From a virus, in IMG/VR virus record IMGVR_UViG_3300043584_000003, positions 35,163 through 99,162 of that record: a DNA stretch of 64,000 nt. One strand, given 5' to 3'. The first letter of the stretch is position 1, and every line of letters starts with the position of its first letter. The notes below the pieces were generated by a model. The model saw nothing but the letters and a program-made list of their open reading frames with translations. It did not search any database and was not told where the DNA came from. A program made the translations under genes and the position numbers. Of this stretch, positions 38,102-47,941 are shown in pieces.

Positions 38102-38437
38102 CTACTTCTGCTGACAGTCGGGCCAAAAATCGCTCACCTGGCACCTGCCGGTGACGTCTTCGTACTCGTTGATCTGCGCGTTCATGTCTTGGACGACGAC
38201 CGTATTCGGGTCACCTGGGTGAACCTCAATTACCAGCGTGCCGCCCACCGGCGGAGCGACCGTTGCCGTCGTCGTGGTAGTCGTACCAACGAAGACGTCG
38301 CCCGTACCGCCGTTGCCGTCATTGCAGGCAGCGGTCAGCATGCCGACCGCTGCGGCCGTCGCCACGAGAATCAGTTGAAGGCCGAACGGCCGACGCGTGC
38401 CGCGCGTCGACCGCTCGTTCCTGCCATCGAGTGTCAC
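38102..38437 (-). CDS. Putative lipoprotein
   Basis: Hydrophobic signal plus LTAAC lipobox. Confidence 0.55.
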   Translation of the reverse strand: MTLDGRNERSTRGTRRPFGLQLILVATAAAVGMLTAACNDGNGGTGDVFVGTTTTTTATVAPPVGGTLVIEVHPGDPNTVVVQDMNAQINEYEDVTGRCQVSDFWPDCQQK

Positions 38438-38439
38438 GG

Positions 38440-39048
38440 CTACTTGCCCTTGCCCTCGGAGAAGTCGTACGACGCGCGCCCGGTGATCCGCACCTCGTTC
38501 TTCGCGTCGTCCCAGACGGCGGGCGCGAAGTACGCGTCGACGTTGCCTTCCCAGTACTTGCCGAACACGTGACCATCACCGCCGACACACAGCACGTAGG
38601 TCGCCGTCGTGTCGCTCGGGTAGACGCCGTTCGGTTCCATCTGCTTGACCGTGACGTTGCCGCCGTTGTATTCACCACGATATTGAATGACCTGATCCGG
38701 GTTGGTCAGGCTGGTGGTCGCCGGGATCGGCATGCCGATCGACGGGCACGTGAAGATCGGATGCTCGATGCCCTGGTTGAAGAAGAACGACGTCGTCCGA
38801 ACGCCCTTGATCTGCGCGGTCTCGATGTCGATGAGGTTCTGGCGCAGCTGCGAGTAGCTCTCCTTCGGGGCCGGTTGATTCTTGACGTACTGCTTCGAGA
38901 TGCTCTCCTGCTGCTTGGATTCCTCCTTCTGCGAGTCGGACGTCTGCGGCTCGCATGCGCTGGCGGTCAGCACCAGAGTAGCGCACCCGACCAGGATCGT
39001 CATCCCAACGATCCGACCCCACGAGTTCTTGTCGTCGTTGTTTTTCAC
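38440..39048 (-). CDS. Putative lipoprotein
   Basis: Signal peptide plus ASAC lipobox; CPSIGMPIP. Confidence 0.65.
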   Translation of the reverse strand: MKNNDDKNSWGRIVGMTILVGCATLVLTASACEPQTSDSQKEESKQQESISKQYVKNQPAPKESYSQLRQNLIDIETAQIKGVRTTSFFFNQGIEHPIFTCPSIGMPIPATTSLTNPDQVIQYRGEYNGGNVTVKQMEPNGVYPSDTTATYVLCVGGDGHVFGKYWEGNVDAYFAPAVWDDAKNEVRITGRASYDFSEGKGK

Positions 39049-39076
39049 GTGTTCGTTCCTTTCGTCCTTTGTTCCG

Positions 39077-39505
39077 TCACTTGATGTTGTACTCGGACTG
39101 TGGGTTGATGGTGCCGGCCATGCAGTTCTTGTGCACCCACGACGTCACATCGTCCGGCATCGGGTTGGTGTCGTTGAGCTTGGACGCGTCGCGGCAGATC
39201 GTGATGACGATCGACTTGCGTTGCGCCGTGAACTGCCCGACCTGCGCGGGCGTCGAGCTAGGATCGGCGACGTCGGCGGAGATGTCGTTGACCGTGCCGA
39301 TGTTGCTCACGATCTGGTCCTTGAGCGCCTCCTGTCGCCCGTATGACTTGTCGTACAACTTGTCCTCGCGCGTCGTGTTCTGTTCCTTGAACCACCAGCC
39401 GGCGACCCAGCCGACGATCCCGATCACGACGATGAGTCCGACGACGATCGCACCGGCGATCAACGCGATGGCGGTGCCCTCCGCGTCCTCACGATCTACC
39501 TTCAT
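39077..39505 (-). CDS. Membrane-anchored protein
   Basis: Single N-terminal TM segment. Confidence 0.6.
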   Translation of the reverse strand: MKVDREDAEGTAIALIAGAIVVGLIVVIGIVGWVAGWWFKEQNTTREDKLYDKSYGRQEALKDQIVSNIGTVNDISADVADPSSTPAQVGQFTAQRKSIVITICRDASKLNDTNPMPDDVTSWVHKNCMAGTINPQSEYNIK

Positions 39506-39768
39506 GACTTGTTTCTCTCCAGCTGATCGGCCTCGTGCTTCTGGATGACCTCGAGCGCGCGGTCACGCATCGACATGCCGACGATATCGAGCGTCACATC
39601 GTTCTCGCTTCCGAGGATCTGTCGAACATCGCGCAACGCGAGCTGCGCGGCCCGCGCGTCTTGCTTGGCGCGCGGCAGCTCATCGGCACGTGAGGAGTAA
39701 CGCAACAGCGTGACGACCATGCCGATTAAGACGACACCGATGATAACTACCGTGATAACGATCTCCAT
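39502..39768 (-). CDS. Membrane-anchored coiled-coil protein
   Basis: N-terminal TM; GGAGG-like RBS. Confidence 0.6.
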   Translation of the reverse strand: MEIVITVVIIGVVLIGMVVTLLRYSSRADELPRAKQDARAAQLALRDVRQILGSENDVTLDIVGMSMRDRALEVIQKHEADQLERNKS

Positions 39769-39873
39769 CTGACCTGCCTCCTAATCTTCGATCGGTCGTT
39801 CCGTCTCTGCAATCGTAGCGACCGACGTCACCATTATAGTGACGCCGGCCGCCTGTTTCCCGATACAGAAACG

Positions 39874-39958
39874 CAGAGATGACAGGATTTGAACCTGCGG
39901 AGGTGTTACCCTCTTTCGTTTTCGAAACGAACGCCTTAGGCCGCTCGGCCACATCTCT
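39874..39958 (-). tRNA. tRNA-Ser(CGA)
   Basis: AGAGATG TG GCC..GGC G TTCGT TT CGA AA ACGAA, long variable arm, GCAGG TTCAAAT CCTGT CATCTCT G; no encoded CCA. Confidence 0.92.
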
Positions 39959-39963
39959 TAACA

Positions 39964-40006
39964 GGAACGAGTACGCCGAGGGTGTCTGAACCAGCGTACT
40001 CGTTCC
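39964..40006. terminator. 13-bp hairpin between two tRNAs
   Basis: GGAACGAGTACGC...GCGTACTCGTTCC. Confidence 0.45.
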
Positions 40007-40023
40007 CGGTCCCGCCCGGGACG

Positions 40024-40097
40024 CGCGCTTCCATGGATTCGAACCACGAACCTTCCGCTCCGTAGGCGGACGCTCTATCCGATTGAGCTAGAAGCGC
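40024..40097 (-). tRNA. tRNA-Arg(ACG)
   Basis: GCGCTTC TA GCTC AATCGGATA GAGC G TCCGC CT ACG GA GCGGA AGGTT CGTGG TTCGAAT CCATG GAAGCGC G. Confidence 0.93.
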
Positions 40098-40101
40098 AGG
40101 T

Positions 40102-40138
40102 GGGACGGCCGGACAAGGGCGTCGAGGCCGGCCGTCCC
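40102..40138. terminator. 11-bp hairpin right after the TROVE stop codon
   Basis: GGGACGGCCGG...CCGGCCGTCCC. Confidence 0.45.
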
Positions 40139-40142
40139 GGTC

Positions 40143-41819
40143 TTAGATCTCTCCTCGCGAGAAGCTGCTGATAAGCTGCGGCACCGAGGCGTCGAACCCA
40201 GTGACGTCCAACATACCGCTATCCGTCGGATCAGCGATCGTGAAGTCGGTCGCCGTCATGCCGACCACAACCAGACGCGCCGGGATGCCCATCTTTTCGC
40301 GGTAACGGCGCAACGCCTGGTGCGGATGCACGTTACCGGCCCAGGTCTCGTTGTCCGTGTAGATCACGAACGTATCGATCTTGATGTTGTTTTTGAGCGC
40401 GTACAACATCGGCTGTGCGCAGTCCGTGCCGCCCATCGGCAGCTCGTGACACGCGCGAACGGCGTCGTCGAGCCGCTGCCGTGGACTGATCGCGAGCGGA
40501 CGGCACGCGCTGTTCGAATGCCAATCCTCGCTGCCCCAACGCATATTGATACGGTTACCGTCCTTGGTCGTGAACCCGACGATCTCGTAATCCTTCTCGA
40601 CGCTGGCGGTCGTCAAGGCGAGCGCGGCGGCCGCCTCGCGACAGGACAGATTCGAATCGGCGATCGTCACGTTCATCGAACCCGAGATGTCTAGCGCCAG
40701 CATCACGCGCTTGCCGGTCGGCTCGATCGCCTCGAACGCCGCGTAGAACGCCGTGTCGAGCGCGTCGACGATCCGACGCGTCGGCTGCCACGTCGAGTTA
40801 CCTCGGAACGAGTACCCGGACGCGTACGTCTTCAACGCGAACAACACCGAGATCGGGTGAATTCGACCGCGCTTGAGTAGCTCAGGATTGGTCAGCTGAT
40901 GCACGACCTCGTTGGTCCAGCCGCCGGTGTTCGGCAGCAGTCCGATGCGCGTCAAGCGCGGCAGCTGACGAAGCAACGCGGTCTGCGGCACGCCGTTCTC
41001 GAGCATCGCCTCCCAGACGGCGGGTACGTTCATAGCCGCGTCCGGCAGCGCCTCCCAGGGCAGTCGGTAGTCGGCGATCAGCTTGGCGTACTCGTTCTTC
41101 GACGCGCGCTGGATGCGCTCGAAGCCCTCGATGATCCGCAGCGGATCCTCGGGCAGCAAAACCGTAAGACCGAGTACGTCGGCAGCACGCTTGCGACCGC
41201 AGATCCAATCAAACAACTCACGACGCACCAGGTCGTTCTTTTCTGGCTTCGGATGCGCCATGCGCAACACGTCACGATCCGACCAGCCGACGCGCGTGCG
41301 GTACTTGACGGCCTGATACGCGAGCTTCTCGATCGGCTGGTTCAGGTACCAATCGGACACGCCACGGCGGAGCACCGGACCCCAGCCGCGAAACTGCTCG
41401 ACGTACTGAACGAACGTCTTGAGCGTCGAACCGGTGCGCGCGACCAGCGGCACGGCCTCGGCCGCCGCGCGACGACCCTCGAGGTTACCGAAGCTGATGA
41501 CCGCCGCGAGCACGAACAGTCCCGGCTGCTGGCGCGGCGCGAGTCCCGCCTGGGAGACCTCGACGACGCGACGGCAGACCTGCAGGCCGTCCAGCGCGAT
41601 CAGGTCGCGCAGCGCCGCCAGGTTGTCCAGCGCCAGGTCGCGCGGCTTGACGTAGTACGACCCGCCGTCGACGCCGAGCAGCAGAAACCGGTCAAGCCGC
41701 GTCCACGGCGTCACGCGGAACGTAAAACCGCCCGCGTTGTTCGGAACCTGCCGAGGACTAGCCGCACGTGATTGCGGCGTCGTACGCGTGGACAGCTCGG
41801 TCAGCGGATCGCGTGCCAT
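40143..41819 (-). CDS. rsr: TROVE domain Ro60/Rsr ribonucleoprotein
   Basis: NNAGGFTF...LDRFLLLG..GSYY, KYRTRVGWSDRDVLRMAHPKP, GRIHP, LALDISGSM (vWA MIDAS), GGTDC, YTDNET, GFD. Confidence 0.95.
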   Translation of the reverse strand: MARDPLTELSTRTTPQSRAASPRQVPNNAGGFTFRVTPWTRLDRFLLLGVDGGSYYVKPRDLALDNLAALRDLIALDGLQVCRRVVEVSQAGLAPRQQPGLFVLAAVISFGNLEGRRAAAEAVPLVARTGSTLKTFVQYVEQFRGWGPVLRRGVSDWYLNQPIEKLAYQAVKYRTRVGWSDRDVLRMAHPKPEKNDLVRRELFDWICGRKRAADVLGLTVLLPEDPLRIIEGFERIQRASKNEYAKLIADYRLPWEALPDAAMNVPAVWEAMLENGVPQTALLRQLPRLTRIGLLPNTGGWTNEVVHQLTNPELLKRGRIHPISVLFALKTYASGYSFRGNSTWQPTRRIVDALDTAFYAAFEAIEPTGKRVMLALDISGSMNVTIADSNLSCREAAAALALTTASVEKDYEIVGFTTKDGNRINMRWGSEDWHSNSACRPLAISPRQRLDDAVRACHELPMGGTDCAQPMLYALKNNIKIDTFVIYTDNETWAGNVHPHQALRRYREKMGIPARLVVVGMTATDFTIADPTDSGMLDVTGFDASVPQLISSFSRGEI

Positions 41820-41862
41820 GATAACCTCGTTCCTCGGTCGATCGGTCGATCGGTTGTATTAC

Positions 41863-41970
41863 CTACGGACGATACGCATCACCGCATCGTGTTCCAACCG
41901 CGATAATGACGAAAAACGTCACAAGCAGCCAGAGCCGTGGATCATACAGCATAGTCTTGATCGTCGTCAT
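41863..41970 (-). CDS. Small membrane peptide, 35 aa (not in ORF track)
   Basis: MTTIKTMLYDPRLWLLVTFFVIIAVGTRCGDAYRP. Confidence 0.3.
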   Translation of the reverse strand: MTTIKTMLYDPRLWLLVTFFVIIAVGTRCGDAYRP

Positions 41971-41979
41971 GGTTCGTAC

Positions 41980-42028
41980 CGTACGCGGCGGACGTATAGC
42001 GAACTAGACCATACGTCCGCCTCGTACG
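41980..42028. other. Long hairpin
   Basis: GGCGGACGTAT/ATACGTCCGCC stem with outer CGTACG pairs. Confidence 0.5.
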
Positions 42029-42044
42029 CGATGAGCGTATGTTT

Positions 42045-42087
42045 ATCGACCGGATAACTTTGCTGGGTAACCGATCGACCTCGGCCC
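42045..42087 (-). ncRNA. Short Y-RNA-like hairpin 1
   Basis: GGCCGA..GTCGATCGGTTACC...GTTATCCGGTCGAT; shares its helix with three neighbouring elements. Confidence 0.45.
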
Positions 42088-42153
42088 ATCTTACCTCCGT
42101 TAGAAATCCCACACCCAACGCCGATTGTTAGCGAGTTCCGGTAGGAGGCCTCG

Positions 42154-42226
42154 TTGCGGGAACCGGACTCGAACCGGTGACCTCAGGGTTATGAGCCCTG
42201 CACGCTACCAACTGCGCTACCCCGCG
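42154..42226 (-). tRNA. Initiator tRNA-fMet(CAT)
   Basis: CGCGGGG 5' end with C1:A72 mismatch, GGG:CCC anticodon stem, CT CAT AA loop, TTCGAGT T loop. Confidence 0.93.
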
Positions 42227-42240
42227 ATGCGCGATAGAAG

Positions 42241-42381
42241 AAGGACCACGGCGTGGTGTTCACATCCGATATGTTCCGGTCGTAACCGGAACGTTCAACC
42301 TCGACGATGTTCACTATGCCGAAGTCGACGGGAATCGCACCCGCTATCACTGGTAACCGAACGTGTTCGGCCGTGGTCCTT
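42241..42381 (-). ncRNA. Y-RNA-like structured RNA 2
   Basis: Closed by 11-bp AAGGACCACGG/CCGTGGTCCTT; shared CACGTTCGGTTA/ATATCGGATGTG helix; T-arm-like CGGG TGCGATT CCCG; GTTCCGGT-TACG-ACCGGAAC hairpin. Confidence 0.55.
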
Positions 42382-42411
42382 CGATCGTCTGGGCCGCGAG
42401 CGTATTAAGTG

Positions 42412-42461
42412 CTCACCGGTGTTAGTCACTAAGAAGGTGGTTAACCGACGAACGGTCGGCC
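42412..42461 (-). ncRNA. Short Y-RNA-like hairpin 3
   Basis: GGCCGA..TTCGTCGGTTAACC...ACACCGGTGAG. Confidence 0.4.
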
Positions 42462-42570
42462 CGCGACGGACGACCACGAGAGGGGGCGGGTTCGATAACC
42501 AGGGTGGCCCGTCAAGCGTCCCAAGCGGATTCAACACCCGTTGCCTCCAAAGAAACGTAAGCGTATGAGC

Positions 42571-42679
42571 GTCACCGGGTTTACGCGCTCTGCCGATTGA
42601 GCTACCGCCCAGCGTTGAGCGGGAGGGACTCGAACCCCCAACCTCGCCATCCGAATTGGTTAACCGACGACATCCGGCC
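42571..42679 (-). ncRNA. YrlA-like permuted tRNA RNA 4
   Basis: - strand: GTCGTCGGTTAACC, T arm GGGGG TTCGAGT CCCTC, acceptor CCGCTCA-ACGC-TGGGCGG, TA, D arm GCTC AATCGGCA GAGC, then GTAAACCCGGTGAC closing the helix. Confidence 0.75.
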
Positions 42680-43222
42680 TACGTTACTCGTTCCTACCGC
42701 TGTGTACTTGTCAAACTGCATCCGTGCTGAAACTGAACTGAAACTGAACGCCGTCAGTCTAACGACCGGTGACACCGTTACCGTGTTCGTTATTCTGGCC
42801 CGTTAGCATTAGCCCGCGTGACAGCGAAGCACGTGGTAGCAGCCACAAAGAGACACCGCAAGGGACAGGCAAACATGCAGCATTCGAATTATCTCCGATC
42901 TTTGCGGCGCGTGTTGCGCCGATCCGCGTGCTGATACAGCAAGCGTAGCAACGCGCCGGTTAGCGCGTCACCGATCTTAAAGCCGCTGAACGCGACGAGC
43001 ACGGCCGTACCGGTACCCGCTGCGATCCGTCTTGCTGTTCGCACGGGCATAGTCTAGACCCGGACGAATCGACGCTTACCGGACGGCAGCAGCACGAGCG
43101 TGACGTCCGGCTGCGTCGCTTGCATCTGCCGACGTTCCTCGGTAGTTGCCTTCCGACGGTGACGCTTGCCTGACTGATTGGCTGTTGATCGATACTTACC
43201 GGTCGTCTTGGGATCACGATGC

Positions 43223-43951
43223 TTACGCTTGGATGGTATCTGGAACATCGCGCAGTAGATTCCTTACGTGAGTTGGATCAACGGGAATACCTGGACCCAT
43301 GGTGGTCGTGAACGTCACCTTACGAAGATAGCGGCCCTTTGCGGCGGACGGCTTGGCTCGGATCACCTCGTCGAGTACGGCGGCGTAGTTCTCGACCAGC
43401 GCGGTGACGTCGAACGACGTTCGACCGATCACGACGTGCAGATTGGCCTGTCGGTCGGTTCGAAACGTAATCTTACCGTGCTTGACGGCGGCAACCGCCG
43501 AGCCGACGTCCGGCGTGATCGTGCCCATGCGCGGGCTCGGCATGAGCCCACGCGGACCAAGCACGCGCGCTAGCGGCGTGACCTTGTTCATCTGATCGGG
43601 AGTTGTGATCACGACGTCAAAGTCGAGCCAACCCGACCGAATACGTGCGACTAGGTCATCGGTGCCGACCTCGTTCGCACCGGCGGCGATCGCGTGATCC
43701 GCTTGATCACCGACGGCAAACACGATCACGCGAACGACTCGGCCGGTGCCGTGGGGCAGATCGACCGTGCCGCGTACGACCTGGTCGTGCTTGGTTGGAT
43801 CAACGCCGAGCCGAAAAGCCACCTCGACCGACGCGTCGAAACGCGTGTGACTGGTCTGCTGCGCGAGCCGTGCGGCCTCGTACGGCGTGTACAGCCGCGT
43901 GCGATCGACCAACGCGGCGACCCGCTGGTAGTTCCTGCCGTGCTTCGTCAT
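43223..43951 (-). CDS. rplA: 50S ribosomal protein uL1 (full length, actinobacterial type)
   Basis: [73 protein letters not shown]. Confidence 0.95.
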   Translation of the reverse strand: MTKHGRNYQRVAALVDRTRLYTPYEAARLAQQTSHTRFDASVEVAFRLGVDPTKHDQVVRGTVDLPHGTGRVVRVIVFAVGDQADHAIAAGANEVGTDDLVARIRSGWLDFDVVITTPDQMNKVTPLARVLGPRGLMPSPRMGTITPDVGSAVAAVKHGKITFRTDRQANLHVVIGRTSFDVTALVENYAAVLDEVIRAKPSAAKGRYLRKVTFTTTMGPGIPVDPTHVRNLLRDVPDTIQA

Positions 43952-43997
43952 CGTTAATTCCTCTTATAGCAACGTTTCTGCGCCTTATTAATCATTA

Positions 43998-44600
43998 TTA
44001 GGAAACTGCGCGATCGAGATACGCCTCTTTGAGCTCGTCGTCGAACCGCGCACCGGACGCCAACGCGAGCGCCGACGGTTTCGTGATGAACGCGACCGGC
44101 CTCTGACCGGTGTGCTTTCGCGTCGTCAACGCCTCGACGACCTCGAACGGCGACGCGATCAGATTGTGTCGAATGTACGGAACCTCACCGGGAATCGACG
44201 ACATGCCGGCCTTATAGACGACGTATCGGCCGAGCTTATCGTCCCGTAACGCACGATCGTACATGGCCGCGAGATCGGTCTCTGGCGGTACGTCCGCCGG
44301 ATCGACGTCCAGCTCGCGCATGATCCGAATCTCGAACCAGCGGCAGGCATTGCATCGCTTACCCTGCTCGACGTACGGCCCCGTGTGATCCCAGTGATTG
44401 TCGGTCCAGCTGGACCCGTAGCCGATGAACCGCGCGATGGTGCGGTAGTACTCCAGCTCGAGCTCGTCGGTCGATTCATCGTAGGCGGTCGCGTCGCCTC
44501 GTTGCGTCGGCACGGATACGTCGGTTCGGATCGGCAGCGGAAGAAACCAGCGGCGCACCTGACCGATGTCGCGGTAGTTCGGTAGCTGAAGAGAGATCAT
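43998..44600 (-). CDS. Hypothetical protein (RCNACRWFE)
   Basis: AGGA RBS; 200 aa with phage-like codon use. Confidence 0.6.
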   Translation of the reverse strand: MISLQLPNYRDIGQVRRWFLPLPIRTDVSVPTQRGDATAYDESTDELELEYYRTIARFIGYGSSWTDNHWDHTGPYVEQGKRCNACRWFEIRIMRELDVDPADVPPETDLAAMYDRALRDDKLGRYVVYKAGMSSIPGEVPYIRHNLIASPFEVVEALTTRKHTGQRPVAFITKPSALALASGARFDDELKEAYLDRAVS

Positions 44601-44839
44601 CTCATATTTCCTAACGTCAGTCGGTCAGCGCGCGTCCAGCGTAGACGATGCGCGACCGATCGAGACGTACGCGACGTGACCCGCTGCGTATGCGGACGTC
44701 GCTCGGTCCTCCCCCAGACCGAAAATGTTCATATGGCATCCATTATCGCGTATCCTCGTTCCGTCGTCGGTCCAGTCGACCAGTCTACCGACCGGTGACA
44801 CGATGCTAATGATCTTACACATCATCGGTCGCGGCTCGA

Positions 44840-45193
44840 TCACGTCGACCGTTGCGCGAGGTCGTCGCTGGTTGAAGGCGGTGTTGACGGCGGCGGCTGC
44901 CAGCGCTCGATCAGCTCATGGGCGGGTAGCTGTCCGGTGAATCGCTGACAGTCACAACGAACGTACTCGTAGCCGTTGCGAGATCCATTAATGTCATAGT
45001 GCACACGCTTAACGTACGCGGCGCAGTAGCCATCGTCTTTCTTGTGTAGCGCGTAATCGTGCTCGCAACCGCAGATGGTCGGCGGAACCAGCGGCACGGG
45101 GCGACCGCGTCGGCCGAGCTGAAACGTCAACACGTGCGACGCGACGTAGGCGGCAACGCCAACGCCGATCATCATCGACTCGTACCAGTTCAC
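44840..45193 (-). CDS. Membrane-anchored protein with small Cys/His cluster
   Basis: N-terminal TM; CGCEH...C...CDC. Confidence 0.55.
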   Translation of the reverse strand: MNWYESMMIGVGVAAYVASHVLTFQLGRRGRPVPLVPPTICGCEHDYALHKKDDGYCAAYVKRVHYDINGSRNGYEYVRCDCQRFTGQLPAHELIERWQPPPSTPPSTSDDLAQRST

Positions 45194-45223
45194 GGTAGCC
45201 TGACTTCCATCAGTTACTTCCCA

Positions 45224-45658
45224 CTAATCGTTACTCGGTTGCGTTCGATCCAAGTATGCGGCGTAATCCTCGTTCTCAGGCGCGTTAACGTCGACGGCGT
45301 CGATGACCTCGGTGATCGGTTCATCGTTCGTGCCCGGCAGCGCTCGTGGTTCGATCCATTGTGCGTTGTTGACGTCGAACACGCCGCCGTTGATGTGCTC
45401 ACCGGTTATAGAATCGTGCGTGTCGTGATAGAGCGCGATGGCGCTCAACGCTCGATTACGTACCTCAACGATCGACTGCGCGATGACCTGCAGCTCACCG
45501 ACCAGCTCGGCGACGCGATCCTGCAACGACTCGACCTGGACGGACATGCGATCAACGCGGCGGCTCTGTAACCTCATATGTCGATAGACGAGCGCGGCGA
45601 ACCTCGTCAACGCGCGGTTGCGGCGACGCTCGCTCTTGGTCTGCGGTTCGGTATCCAT
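45224..45658 (-). CDS. Coiled-coil hypothetical protein
   Basis: Heptad-like central segment. Confidence 0.5.
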   Translation of the reverse strand: MDTEPQTKSERRRNRALTRFAALVYRHMRLQSRRVDRMSVQVESLQDRVAELVGELQVIAQSIVEVRNRALSAIALYHDTHDSITGEHINGGVFDVNNAQWIEPRALPGTNDEPITEVIDAVDVNAPENEDYAAYLDRTQPSND

Positions 45659-45669
45659 GACTTGATCTC

Positions 45670-46086
45670 TTATGCGGTATCGGCGTCCTGCCGGATCATC
45701 ACCCAGAACTCGTCAAAGCTCTCCCATCGCTTTCGCATCTGAAGCCAGTCACGCAGCATCTCCTGCTTGAGGATACGGCTCGCGATGTCGTTGCGTACGA
45801 CCTCCTCGCTGGGCTCGTACACGTAGCCGCTCGGTCCGCGAATGGCCTGAAACGCGCGAACGTTATCGATGTTGCCATCACGCTTGATGTAGCTGATCTT
45901 CACCGAGCGAATGAGCTGGTGAGCCTGCTCACGGCGGTACCGTTCGGCTGCCTCGGCGTCGTCCCACGTGAACCGCTGGTGTAACGGATGATCGGTCCCA
46001 CGCGCCTCGTCGAGAACGATCTGAGGTGTTAACTCACCACCGTGTCGTTGCCGGATCTCCATAAGAACGTCTCGTAGCTCTGCCAT
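45670..46086 (-). CDS. Helical accessory protein downstream of the GGY-NN array
   Basis: Likely start ATG 46086 behind GAGGAAAG; ELTPQIVLDEAR...HPLHQRFTWDDAEAAERYRREQAHQLIRSV. Confidence 0.7.
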   Translation of the reverse strand: MAELRDVLMEIRQRHGGELTPQIVLDEARGTDHPLHQRFTWDDAEAAERYRREQAHQLIRSVKISYIKRDGNIDNVRAFQAIRGPSGYVYEPSEEVVRNDIASRILKQEMLRDWLQMRKRWESFDEFWVMIRQDADTA

Positions 46087-46106
46087 CGTTATCTCTCTTT
46101 CCTCGT

Positions 46107-47186
<1,080 letters not shown>

Positions 47187-47222
47187 CGGACCCGGCTCCG
47201 TACCTGCCTCGCCTACCTTGAG

Positions 47223-47915
47223 CTACCGGGCGGCGGCACCGGTGTCGTTGACGACCTGCACGTCGCGAGTCATGTCGATGGCATAGGTACCGCACTCGCC
47301 GCGCTTCTCGGGCCGCCAGTCACCCACGCCGATACCGAGCCCGCCCGCGTCGATCAACGAGAGAACCGAGCTGCGCGAGATACACGAACGAACGAAGGTC
47401 ACCTCGAGTGTCGTGGTCCACTCGGGAAACTCGGGCCGGTAGCGCGTCTCCGAGGAGCTTCCGTACCCGCCGAGCCGTACCACGTCCTCGCGCATACGCG
47501 GCTCGCCGATGATCGGAACGAGCGCCTGCGGGTCTTCCTTGCTGATCTCGCCCTTCATGAAGATGAACTGCCGCAGCTCGGTCATCTTCACGTCCTTGCC
47601 GTAGAACCTGGCGGCGCTCACGGTAGCCGCCTTGAACGCGGTGATCGGAAACCCATAGCCGTCACGCAGCCGGTAGAAGGCGGCCTGGTACTCGGCCTCC
47701 GGGTCACGCGGCGTCTTCGGTGTGCTGATCGACTGCTGCCGGTGGAGCATCTGCAGCTTGGCCTTCTCGCTGAACCTGTGCACGATGAGCGGCGCGGTGC
47801 CGACGATCGGCACGAGCAGCGTCTCCGTGTCGATGCGGCTGATCTCCACCTTGGCCGTCGACTCGTCTCGCGCTGCGGCCGGCTCGGCCTTCGCCTTGGT
47901 CGGATTGGTCGTCAT
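47223..47915 (-). CDS. RAMP/Cas7-like RNA-binding protein
   Basis: beta1 LLVPIVGTAPLIVH, GFPITAFKAA (cf. IPGSSxKG), thumb-like REDVVR...TRYRPEF.EW, C-terminal G-rich loop GGLGIGVGDWRPEKRGECG. Confidence 0.7.
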   Translation of the reverse strand: MTTNPTKAKAEPAAARDESTAKVEISRIDTETLLVPIVGTAPLIVHRFSEKAKLQMLHRQQSISTPKTPRDPEAEYQAAFYRLRDGYGFPITAFKAATVSAARFYGKDVKMTELRQFIFMKGEISKEDPQALVPIIGEPRMREDVVRLGGYGSSSETRYRPEFPEWTTTLEVTFVRSCISRSSVLSLIDAGGLGIGVGDWRPEKRGECGTYAIDMTRDVQVVNDTGAAAR

Positions 47916-47941
47916 ATCGCTAGCTCCTTATACTTGTTTAT

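Noticed and set aside
42480-42545. Possible fifth Y-like or tRNA-like element
   Set aside because: Only weak T-loop-like strings; lacks the shared GGTTAACC helix.
43054-43248. Basic 64-aa ORF after uL1 as a second ribosomal protein (bL32-like)
   Set aside because: Arg/Lys-rich but lacks the bL32 AVPK start and CxxC motifs; it overlaps the uL1 end; no family support.
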